Under the pieces are notes generated by a model. That model saw only the letters and a list, made by a program, of their open reading frames with translations. It was not told the origin of the DNA and searched no databases. The translations under genes were made by a program, and so were the position numbers. From a virus, in the IMG/VR virus record IMGVR_UViG_3300031539_000107, positions 1 through 41,284 of that record: 41,284 nucleotides of DNA, one strand, 5' to 3'. Position 1 is the stretch's first letter. The number at the start of each line of letters is the position of its first letter. Below, one piece after another: positions 1 to 7,788 of the stretch.

Positions 1-127
1 GCGACCGACTACTACTGGGCCCGCCCGTTCGGGAACGAGGTCAAGGGTCGGTCGAAGGTGGTCACGACCGAGGTCAGAGACGTCACCCTCCGACAGCTTC
101 CGACCCTGATGCGGGTCTTCTTCAGCC
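1..127. repeat. Terminal overlap copy 1, identical to 41158-41284 (signature of a circular or terminally redundant assembly)
   Basis: Compared base by base by eye: gcgaccgactactactgggcc...gcgggtcttcttcagcc occurs at both window ends. It lies inside the portal reading frame. Confidence 0.95.
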
Positions 128-2067
128 CGGAGCGTGCGGTCGAGTTCCGGGGCCACGGTCCGGAGGACCAGCCGGTCGCGGAGCAGCAGACGGACTGGGT
201 CAACTGGGTCGTCACCCAGCAGAACGACAGCTACCGGACGCTGTACGAGGTCATCCAGGACGCCCTCGTGCGCCGGATCGGGTGGACGAAGTGGTGGTGG
301 GAGGAGCGGAAGAGGGTGGAGGCCACGGAGTACACCGGGTTGACACTCCAGGAGCTCACCCTCCTCGCCAGTGAGCCGGATGCGGAGCTGGAGATCCTGG
401 GGACCCAGGAAGGCCCCCCGCCCCCCGAGGCGGCCCCAGGCCCTCCCGGGGCTCCGGAGCAGCCCCAGGCCCCTCTTGACACGCTGTACGACGTCCGGGT
501 GACCCGGACGATCACCACGGGCCGGGAGCGGTACGCCGCCGTCCCCCCGGAGGAGATGTTCTTCACCCCCAACGCCCGGGACGTGGACTCGGCCCCCCTG
601 GTCGCCCACGCACGGGAGGTCCCCCTGTCGGACGTGGTCGAGATGGGTTACGACCTGGACGAGATCGAGGACCTGGCCGGGCGCAGGCGCGCCCTGTCGT
701 CCGAGACCCTGCGCCAGTCGCGCCAGTACCATGGCGGGGACGGGACGGAGGCCGAGGACGATGAGAGGGACCCCTCCCAGCGCCTGGTCTTCTTCACCGA
801 GGCCTACGCCCTGATGGATCTGGACGGGGACGGCGTGTCGGAGCTTCGCCGCTTCGACTGCGCCGGGCCCCAGTTCAAGATCCTGAACGGCCCGGACGGG
901 GAGATCGTGGACGAGCGCCCGTTCGCCGCATGGGGTGCCAACCTGGAGGCGCACACCCTGGTCGGGATGGGCAACTACGACCTGGTGGGCGACCTGCAGC
1001 TGATCAACTCCCAGATCCTGCGTGGGACGCTGGACTCGCTCGCGATCTCCATCAATCCGTTGACGGAGATCGTCCAGGGCGAGGTCAACATGCAGGACGC
1101 GATGAACACGGACGTCGTCAAGTTCATCCGCGTCCGCCGGCCTGGGATGATGAGGGAGGTCAAGCACAGCTTCGTCGGGCCCGACACGCTCCCCATGCTG
1201 GCCCACACAAAGGAGATCGAGGAGTCCCGGACGGGCACGACCCGTGCGTCCCAGGGGTTGGATGCTGACGTCCTGCAGTCGACAACGAAGGCCGCCGTCA
1301 CCGGGACGTTCTCCGCCGCCCAGCAGAGGCTGGACCTGATCGCGCGCAACCTGGCCGAGACCGGGATGAGGCGCATGTTCACTGGGATCCTCAAGCTGAC
1401 GATCAAGCACCCGCAGCCTGGGCGCATGTATCGCCTCCGCGGGAAGTACATCCCGATCGACCCGCGCCACTGGGACGCGACGATGGACGTCCAGGTCAAC
1501 ATCGGCCTGGGGCAGGGCACGCCCGAGGACCGGATCGCTGCCCTGCAGATGCAGCTCCAGAACCAGATGGGCCTGATGCAGTCTGGGAGCCCGCTCGTGA
1601 CCAACGTCGAGCTTCGGGCGACCCTGGGCAAGCTGGTGGAGCTGATGGGCTGGAAGAACAGCGAGGAGTTCTACCGTCCATGGAGCGCGGACGACGAGCA
1701 GCAGGCACAGCAGGCTGCGTCCCAACAGCAGCCCCCGCCCGACCCGAACATGGCCCTGGTCGAGATCGAGAAGATGAAGGCCGAGGGCCAGATGGCCATG
1801 GACATCCAGAAGTTCGAGCTGGAGAAGTGGAAGGCTCAGATGGAGGACGACCGTGAGCGTGACAAGCTGGCCCGCGACTCTGCGCTCAAGGAGCGCGAGC
1901 TGGAGCTGAAGCACGGTGTCGAGATCCAGGACGCGGCGATGAAGGCCGCGGTCGCCCTCGACCGTGCAGCGATGGACGCGGACGTGAAGGCGCAACAGGC
2001 CCAGCAGCAGGCCGCGCAGCAGGCGCAGCAGGCGCAGGCCGCTCCAGCCCCCGGGGGTGAGGTATGA
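1..2067 (+). CDS. Portal protein, 3' part (joined ORF about 751 aa across the junction)
   Basis: Frame 1 is open from base 1 to TGA 2065-2067. The motif ATDYYWARPFGNEVKGRSKVVTTEVRD..LPTLMRVF is typical of P22/podovirus-type portals. It sits directly downstream of terL and has a long helical E/K/Q/A-rich C-terminal tail. Confidence 0.85.
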   Translation, partial: ATDYYWARPFGNEVKGRSKVVTTEVRDVTLRQLPTLMRVFFSPERAVEFRGHGPEDQPVAEQQTDWVNWVVTQQNDSYRTLYEVIQDALVRRIGWTKWWWEERKRVEATEYTGLTLQELTLLASEPDAELEILGTQEGPPPPEAAPGPPGAPEQPQAPLDTLYDVRVTRTITTGRERYAAVPPEEMFFTPNARDVDSAPLVAHAREVPLSDVVEMGYDLDEIEDLAGRRRALSSETLRQSRQYHGGDGTEAEDDERDPSQRLVFFTEAYALMDLDGDGVSELRRFDCAGPQFKILNGPDGEIVDERPFAAWGANLEAHTLVGMGNYDLVGDLQLINSQILRGTLDSLAISINPLTEIVQGEVNMQDAMNTDVVKFIRVRRPGMMREVKHSFVGPDTLPMLAHTKEIEESRTGTTRASQGLDADVLQSTTKAAVTGTFSAAQQRLDLIARNLAETGMRRMFTGILKLTIKHPQPGRMYRLRGKYIPIDPRHWDATMDVQVNIGLGQGTPEDRIAALQMQLQNQMGLMQSGSPLVTNVELRATLGKLVELMGWKNSEEFYRPWSADDEQQAQQAASQQQPPPDPNMALVEIEKMKAEGQMAMDIQKFELEKWKAQMEDDRERDKLARDSALKERELELKHGVEIQDAAMKAAVALDRAAMDADVKAQQAQQQAAQQAQQAQAAPAPGGEV

Positions 2068-2351
2068 AGAGCGTGTTCGAGGTCGAGGAGGTCCTGACGG
2101 CGGACGAGGTGCTCTCTCGCGCAGTGCGCGCGGAGGCACTGATGGCTGACCCCGTCCTGGAGTCGGCCCTGAGGAGCGCCGAGACCAACCTCGCCATCTC
2201 CTGGCTGAGCACGGAGGCGGGTGAGACCGCCAAGCGGGAGGAGTGCTGGGCCGCGGTTCGCGGCCTGGAAGCGGTGCGGAGGACCCTCCGCGCCTATGTC
2301 GCCGACGGGGAGGTAGCCCGGGAACGGCTAGGGGTGCCACACAGGCAATAG
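2064..2351 (+). CDS. Hypothetical 95-aa protein between portal and scaffold
   Basis: ATGA overlap with the portal stop. Helical, A/E/R-rich. Ends at TAG 2349-2351. Confidence 0.65.
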   Translation: MKSVFEVEEVLTADEVLSRAVRAEALMADPVLESALRSAETNLAISWLSTEAGETAKREECWAAVRGLEAVRRTLRAYVADGEVARERLGVPHRQ

Positions 2352-2387
2352 TCGCGGGTCTCCACCGTCATTACAGTGGGGGTAACG

Positions 2388-3443
2388 ATGGAAAAGCCAA
2401 CTCTGGGCCCGGACCAACTCCTTCCCTTCGAGAGAGGGGGCGGGGAGTCCAAGCCTGGGATGGACATGAGCCTCTTCGCAGAGCTGGGCTCGGACGAACC
2501 CGCGCATGCCGCGGACGCCGAGGAACCCACTCCCGATGAGCCAGCCTCTGAAGAGCCTGAGGACGAGGGCGACGAGCCCGAGGACGATGGCGACGATGAG
2601 GAGTCGGACGGGGATGACCCGGACGACGAGCCTGGGGACGACGAAGCCGAAGAGAAGCAGGTAGAGGAACCGCAGCTCCACAAGGTCAAGGTCGACGGAG
2701 AGGAGTTGGAGGTCACCCTCGAGGAGCTCCTCCAGGGCTACAGCCGCACCTCGGACTACACGCGGAAGACGACGGCTCTCGCCCAGGAAAGGGCGGCAGA
2801 GCTGGAGCCCCTCCGCAACGCGCGGCAGCAGTACAGCACGCTGCTTGAGAAGTTGGAGAAGATCGTCGTGGACGACCTCCCCCAGGAACAGAACTGGGAG
2901 AAGCTCCGGGCCGAGGACCCCCAGAGGTACGCGGTCGAGTACGCGGACTACCAGCGCCAGGTGGAAAAGGTGCACGCGGTTCGTGAGGAGCGGGAGCGTG
3001 TGGCGCAGGAGGAGGCCCGGGACCGGGCTGTGCAGTGGAACGCGCAGCTGGCGGAGGAGAAGAAGAAGCTTCACGCCGCGATCCCGGAGTGGGGCAAGGA
3101 CCCCGCGGTTGCGGCTAAGGACCTGGGTGCCCTGGCGAAGTACATCACGTCCACCTACGGCTACACCGAGAACGATCTCAGCAACACGGGCGACCACAGG
3201 ATCATCATGGCCTTCCGGAAGGCGATGCTCTGGGACGAGCAGCAGGCGAAGGGTGGGAAAGCGTTGAGTGAGAAGGTGAAGGGCGCGAAGCCGGTCATGA
3301 AGCCCGGCGTGAAGCCCGTGACCACGACCTCACGCGACCAGCCCAGCAGGAAGAAGAAGGCCCGCCGTGCGATGAACGCGCTGGCTCAGACTGGCAACGT
3401 CAGGGACGCTGCCAGGGTGATGGAAAACCTTTTCGACGACTAG
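2388..3443 (+). CDS. Scaffolding protein (putative)
   Basis: ATG 2388 follows GGGGGTAACG; an alternative GTG at 2376 has no RBS. Very acidic D/E-rich N-terminal third, then a charged coiled-coil region. It lies immediately upstream of the capsid gene. Confidence 0.7.
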   Translation: MEKPTLGPDQLLPFERGGGESKPGMDMSLFAELGSDEPAHAADAEEPTPDEPASEEPEDEGDEPEDDGDDEESDGDDPDDEPGDDEAEEKQVEEPQLHKVKVDGEELEVTLEELLQGYSRTSDYTRKTTALAQERAAELEPLRNARQQYSTLLEKLEKIVVDDLPQEQNWEKLRAEDPQRYAVEYADYQRQVEKVHAVREERERVAQEEARDRAVQWNAQLAEEKKKLHAAIPEWGKDPAVAAKDLGALAKYITSTYGYTENDLSNTGDHRIIMAFRKAMLWDEQQAKGGKALSEKVKGAKPVMKPGVKPVTTTSRDQPSRKKKARRAMNALAQTGNVRDAARVMENLFDD

Positions 3444-3474
3444 GGAGTCGCCGACTTAACGGGAGGATGGGAAG

Positions 3475-4440
3475 ATGGCTGTCGTGACGAACACCCAAAT
3501 CAAGTACGACCAGGTCGGGCTGCGTGAGCAGCTGTCGGACGCGATCTATCGGATCTCGCCAGAGGACACGCCCTTCATGTCGAGCTGCGGACGCGGCACG
3601 GCCAAGGGCACCCTCGTCGAGTGGCAGACGGACTCGCTCGCCGCGGCTGACGGCACCAACGCCCACGTCGAGGGCGACGAGGCCGCGTTCACCGCGCAGG
3701 CGGCTACTGTGCGCGTGGGCAATTACACCCAGATCTCCAGGAAGACCGCGATCATCTCCGGTTCCCTGGAGGACTACGACAAGGCCGGGCGCAAGAGCCA
3801 GATGGCGTTCGAGATCGCCAAGCGGTCCGCGGAGCTGAAGCGTGACCAGGAGACGATCTTCCTGCAGGCGCAGGCGGGCGTCGCCGGTGGAGTGAGCACT
3901 GCTCGCACCCTGGCCGCCATGAACGCCTGGGTCAAGACGAACGACTATGTCAGCACCTCGGGCGGGAGCCCAACCTACACCTCCGGCGTGCCGTCTGCGG
4001 TGCGTACGGACGGTACCCAGGTCGCCCTGACCGAGACGATCGCTAAGGGGATCATGCAGCTGGTGTGGGCCTCCGGCGGCAACCCCAAGGTGCTCATGGT
4101 CGGCCCGTACAACAAGGGCGTCGTCAGCACGTTCGCCGGCGTCGTGACCCAGAACTTCAACATGACCTCTGCCAAGGCGACGGCGATCATCAGCTCCGCC
4201 GACGTCTGGGTCACGGACTGGGGCACTGTCCGGGTCATCCCCAACCGCTTCCAGCGCGAGCGGGACGCGTGGCTGCTGGACTGGGACCTGCTCGAGATCG
4301 ACTACTTCCGGCCCTACAAGGTCGTCCCGCTCGCCAAGACGGGTGACGCCGAGAAGAAGATGATCATCTGTGAGTACACGCTCAAGGTGAAGCAGGAGGC
4401 CGGTCTCGGCCTGATCGCCGACCTCACCACGTCGGCCTAA
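3475..4440 (+). CDS. Major capsid protein, SU10/DUF5309-type (HK97 fold)
   Basis: GGGAGGA RBS. The N-terminal signature REQLSDAIYRISPEDTPFMSSCGRGTAKGTLVEWQTDSLAAA matches my memory of the DUF5309 capsid family. Length is 321 aa. Confidence 0.85.
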   Translation: MAVVTNTQIKYDQVGLREQLSDAIYRISPEDTPFMSSCGRGTAKGTLVEWQTDSLAAADGTNAHVEGDEAAFTAQAATVRVGNYTQISRKTAIISGSLEDYDKAGRKSQMAFEIAKRSAELKRDQETIFLQAQAGVAGGVSTARTLAAMNAWVKTNDYVSTSGGSPTYTSGVPSAVRTDGTQVALTETIAKGIMQLVWASGGNPKVLMVGPYNKGVVSTFAGVVTQNFNMTSAKATAIISSADVWVTDWGTVRVIPNRFQRERDAWLLDWDLLEIDYFRPYKVVPLAKTGDAEKKMIICEYTLKVKQEAGLGLIADLTTSA

Positions 4441-4452
4441 GCGGGTTAGGTG

Positions 4453-4477
4453 CGGGGGAGGACTGACACCTCCCCCG
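4453..4477 (+). terminator. GC-rich hairpin just after the capsid gene (partial terminator or mRNA stabiliser)
   Basis: cGGGGGAGG-actgaca-CCTCCCCCg gives a 9-bp perfect stem with a 7-nt loop, 13 nt after the TAA of the capsid gene. No U-tract follows. Confidence 0.45.
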
Positions 4478-4511
4478 TACCGACCTCTCACCTACTTCAC
4501 GGAGAACGAAC

Positions 4512-5003
4512 ATGGCAATCGGTGTCACGCTCGCCACGGCCTACGGGACGGTGACGAGCACGAAGAACTGGGCAGCGGATGACACCCTGATCGTCGGGGC
4601 TGTCACCTACACCCTGAAGGCGTCCCCCTCCGCCGCGAATGAGGTGGACGTGGGCGCGGACGAGGCCACGACCCTCGCCAACCTGGCCGCCGCGATCAAC
4701 GGCACCGGGACGTCGGGGACCACGTACGGCGCGGATACGGTCCAGCCGGCGGGCATGTACGCCTCCGCCAACGGGGCGCACACGATCACGATCACGTCCA
4801 GGATCCCGGGCAACGTGGGTAACAGCCTGATCCTCACCGAGGGCACGGACAGTGAGACCGCGTACTCGATCACTCGCGCCATGTCGGGCGGGTCGGGGGA
4901 GCTCACCGGGGCGAGCGGCTGGTTCGCAAGCCTGATCGCGCTGAACCAGATCAACGCTGAGGTGCTGAGTCACCTCAAGGTCTTCACCGACGCGGCTGAC
5001 TAA
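4512..5003 (+). CDS. Hypothetical virion protein (possible capsid decoration or head fibre)
   Basis: GGAGAA RBS. 163 aa, rich in G/T/S/A (NGTGTSGTTYGADT). It follows the capsid gene directly. Confidence 0.6.
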   Translation: MAIGVTLATAYGTVTSTKNWAADDTLIVGAVTYTLKASPSAANEVDVGADEATTLANLAAAINGTGTSGTTYGADTVQPAGMYASANGAHTITITSRIPGNVGNSLILTEGTDSETAYSITRAMSGGSGELTGASGWFASLIALNQINAEVLSHLKVFTDAAD

Positions 5004-5006
5004 GCC

Positions 5007-5573
5007 ATGCCGAGGTGGACTGTGCAGGTCGTGGCGGTCACCGTCCTGGTGGCCGCCGCGGCCTTCGCGGGGTTCCAGGCCCGACGCTCTCAGGAATGGG
5101 AGCGCCGGGCCTCGTCCGCCCTCGCGTCCGCGGATACGTTGCGGGCGAGGGCGGACTCACTCGTTGCGGTCGCGGACGCCGCGGAAGAACGTGCGCGGCA
5201 GCTTGCTTGGATGGCCGACGAAATGGGGCGTCAGGTGAGGGAGATGGTGGTGGCAGTACGGGCGGTGGCGGTCCCGGATACCTGCGCCCCATTCGTCGTG
5301 CCACGGGACGCGATCATCGACACGTTGGTGATCGTGGTGGAGAGCTGGCAGTCGGCTTTCGACGAACAGATCAAGGCCGGTGCCGCCCTCTGGATGTCGA
5401 ACGTGGTCCTGCGTTCTACGGTCGACTCGCTTTACGCAGTCCTGGACGACCGCCCAACCCGCCGCCGCTTTTCTTTCATCCCGAGGGTAGGGGTGGGCGG
5501 CTTCGCCGGCGTCTGCATAGGGGGCACTCCCTGCCTCGGCGCCGGCGTCACCCTCTCCTGGAGCACACCGTGA
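5007..5573 (+). CDS. Membrane-anchored coiled-coil protein, function unknown
   Basis: N-terminal hydrophobic helix VQVVAVTVLVAAAAFAGF, a central A/R/E-rich helix, and a C-terminal G-rich hydrophobic segment VGVGGFAGVCIGGTPCLGAGV. Confidence 0.6.
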   Translation: MPRWTVQVVAVTVLVAAAAFAGFQARRSQEWERRASSALASADTLRARADSLVAVADAAEERARQLAWMADEMGRQVREMVVAVRAVAVPDTCAPFVVPRDAIIDTLVIVVESWQSAFDEQIKAGAALWMSNVVLRSTVDSLYAVLDDRPTRRRFSFIPRVGVGGFAGVCIGGTPCLGAGVTLSWSTP

Positions 5574-5575
5574 AG

Positions 5576-5872
5576 ATGCTGTTCGACTACGACCCGGCGC
5601 GTAGACTGCGGAGGGACGCGTACATTGATGGGGCCGACACCGTCATCGACACCCAGCAGGACGTCACCGACCTCGTCGACCTGAACAAGGCCTCCTTCAA
5701 CGAGGGACGGTCGCACTTCCGCAAGGACATGGTCAGGGTCGGGTCGATCCCTATGAACATCTATATGGAGCTGGACCGGAAGGGGATCGCCCGTGACGAC
5801 AAGGCCCTCCTGCGCTGGCTGGCCCAGCCAGAGAACGAAGCCTTCCGCGCCGCCCCCGGGAGGTTCGTATGA
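5576..5872 (+). CDS. Hypothetical protein (about 98 aa)
   Basis: Starts at ATG 5576, or at GTG 5570 overlapping the upstream TGA. The real part of track ORF 5015..5872 begins MLFDYDPARRLRRDAYIDG; the upstream 185 aa are R/G-rich shadow sequence. Confidence 0.6.
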   Translation: MLFDYDPARRLRRDAYIDGADTVIDTQQDVTDLVDLNKASFNEGRSHFRKDMVRVGSIPMNIYMELDRKGIARDDKALLRWLAQPENEAFRAAPGRFV

Positions 5873-6585
5873 ACATCGCCGACGAGAATGTCCCCCTCGT
5901 TGGGCAGACGCAGCCGGTCAAGATCGCGATCGCGATGGCGACGCATGAGATCGTGCCGGCGACGTTCATGTACGACCTGGCGAGCCTGGTCGCGTTCACT
6001 GCGGCAGCGATGCCGGAGGGGGCGCAGCTGGGGATCAACATGGTCTCCGGCACCTACGTCCACCGTGCCCGCCAGCAGCTCCTGAAGGGGATCCTGGCGG
6101 ACGGGGACGTGACCCACGTCCTCTGGGTCGACACGGACATGAGATTCCCTCGGGAGTCGCTCGCTCTGCTCCTCCGCCACAATCTGCCCGTCGTGGGGAT
6201 CAACTACGCCAAGCGTGAGATCCCGACCGACTACGTCGCGATCGAGAAGGTGCCGTCTGATCTCAAGGATCCAGCGGACCAGGGGAAGAGACTGGTGACG
6301 ACCGCGGACTCGACCGGGCTCGCTCGCGTGGACGCGCTCGGGTTCGGGCTGGTGCTCATAAAGACGTCCGCCCTCAAGGATCTCCCGGACCCGGGGGTCG
6401 AGCCCTGGTTCTGGTTCGAGGCCCTCCCGGGCGGGCGGCAGATGGGTGAGGACGTCTACTTCTGCAGGCTCCTGAAGCAGCTCGGGGTCCCGGTCTACGT
6501 CGACCAGGACCTGTCGAAGCACTGCGCGCACGTCGGTCAGTTCGACTACAAGCTGGAGCACGTCGACTTCCAGAAGGGTGACTGA
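5869..6585 (+). CDS. GT-A fold (family 2-like) glycosyltransferase
   Basis: ATGA overlap with the upstream gene. DxD-type motif VLWVDTDMRF and a downstream GEDVYFCRLLKQLG...HVG segment typical of small GT2-like enzymes. Confidence 0.65.
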   Translation: MNIADENVPLVGQTQPVKIAIAMATHEIVPATFMYDLASLVAFTAAAMPEGAQLGINMVSGTYVHRARQQLLKGILADGDVTHVLWVDTDMRFPRESLALLLRHNLPVVGINYAKREIPTDYVAIEKVPSDLKDPADQGKRLVTTADSTGLARVDALGFGLVLIKTSALKDLPDPGVEPWFWFEALPGGRQMGEDVYFCRLLKQLGVPVYVDQDLSKHCAHVGQFDYKLEHVDFQKGD

Positions 6586-6586
6586 G

Positions 6587-7564
6587 ATGGCTCTGATCAC
6601 GACCTACGCCACACTGCAGAGTGAGGTCGCCCTCTGGCTGAACCGGACGGACCTGACGGACAACATCAAGGTCTTCATCCAGCTCGCGGAGAAGAGGCTC
6701 AACCTCGACTACCGCGTGAAGGATCCGGACGGGGCGACGACCGCGGTCACCGCTCTCTCCGATGCGAACACGACCAACTGGCTGCTGACGCTTGCGCCCG
6801 ACATCTACCTCTACGCGACCCTCGTCGAGGCGGGCCCGTACCTCGTCGAGGATACGCGTGTCCCGGCTTGGGAGGCGGCTCTTCAGCAGAGGCTCGAGCA
6901 GCTGTCGGGCAACGTCCGCGTCGACCCGGCCCGGACGGGCATCACGAACACGACGCACGCGACGCTCATCCGCGCAGTGATGGACTTCCTGAATCGGGGC
7001 GACCTGGAAGCGGTCATCCCACTCCTGATCATCAACGCGGAGCGCACGCTCAACCGCGACCCCCGCGTGCGGACGCTGTCGACCGCGACGTTCTCGATCA
7101 CCGCGGACGACCTCGCGGTCCCCACCGGGTTCCGTGAGCTGGTGTCGTGGTACCACGACTCGACCAGCTACAAGGGCCAGATCGAGATCGTGGGCGCCGA
7201 CCAGCTGGGATACCTGAAGTCAGTTCACGGGAGCACGGGTGTCCCATGGAAGGCCGCGATCGTGGACGCCAAGTTCCGGTTCGCGCCGGCCCCGGACGCG
7301 ACCTACTCGACCAAGATGACGTTCTGGCTGGGGCTGACCGCGCTCTCCGCCGGCTCCAACTGGCTGATCGCGTCTCACTCCGACATCTACCTCTACGCCG
7401 TCCTGCGTGAAGCGATCGCGTATGACAACCGGATCGCAGCCGACCCGCGGGCGAGCCACTGGGTCGGCGAGCTGGAGCGCAGGCTGGAAGAGATGCACCA
7501 GTACGACTGGGCCTACCATGCGGGTGGGACCATGGTCCGCAATTTCACACCGATCGGGGGCTGA
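6587..7564 (+). CDS. Virion structural protein (possible head-tail adaptor or tail tubular A analogue)
   Basis: ATG lies 1 nt after the upstream stop. The N-terminus MALITTYATLQSEVALWLNRTDLTDNIKVFIQLAEKRL resembles adaptor-type phage proteins. Placement is in the tail module. Confidence 0.55.
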   Translation: MALITTYATLQSEVALWLNRTDLTDNIKVFIQLAEKRLNLDYRVKDPDGATTAVTALSDANTTNWLLTLAPDIYLYATLVEAGPYLVEDTRVPAWEAALQQRLEQLSGNVRVDPARTGITNTTHATLIRAVMDFLNRGDLEAVIPLLIINAERTLNRDPRVRTLSTATFSITADDLAVPTGFRELVSWYHDSTSYKGQIEIVGADQLGYLKSVHGSTGVPWKAAIVDAKFRFAPAPDATYSTKMTFWLGLTALSAGSNWLIASHSDIYLYAVLREAIAYDNRIAADPRASHWVGELERRLEEMHQYDWAYHAGGTMVRNFTPIGG

Positions 7565-7566
7565 CC

Positions 7567-7788
7567 GTGTCCGACGACATCTATCAGATCCTCGGTCGAA
7601 TTGAGGGGACCGTAGACGGGATCATGCGCGAGCAGCAGCGGCTCGCCAGGTACACGGAGAACACGTCCACCCGCCTCCGTCGGGTCGAGGACAACCAGCA
7701 GCGCATGTTCGGGATGGCGGGGACGGTCAGCGCGATAGTGGGGATCGTTGTCAGTCTTCTGGTGGCCTTCGTCCGGAGATTCGTGTGA
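7567..7788 (+). CDS. Small coiled-coil protein with a C-terminal transmembrane helix
   Basis: GTG start after GGGGG. 73 aa. The C-terminus AGTVSAIVGIVVSLLVAFV is hydrophobic. Confidence 0.55.
   Translation: MSDDIYQILGRIEGTVDGIMREQQRLARYTENTSTRLRRVEDNQQRMFGMAGTVSAIVGIVVSLLVAFVRRFV

Noticed and set aside
1-127. The 127-bp repeat as a genuine direct terminal repeat of the virion DNA.
   Set aside because: It falls inside the portal coding sequence with reading phase preserved across the join. That is what an arbitrary linearisation of a circular assembly produces. Real terminal repeats are expected in non-coding ends.
5007-5573. Two-component spanin (Rz/Rz1) call.
   Set aside because: The N-terminal TM plus coiled-coil layout fits an i-spanin. 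However, there is no embedded or adjacent ORF with a lipoprotein signal or lipobox Cys, and the gene is not in the lysis cassette. I left it as a membrane protein of unknown function.
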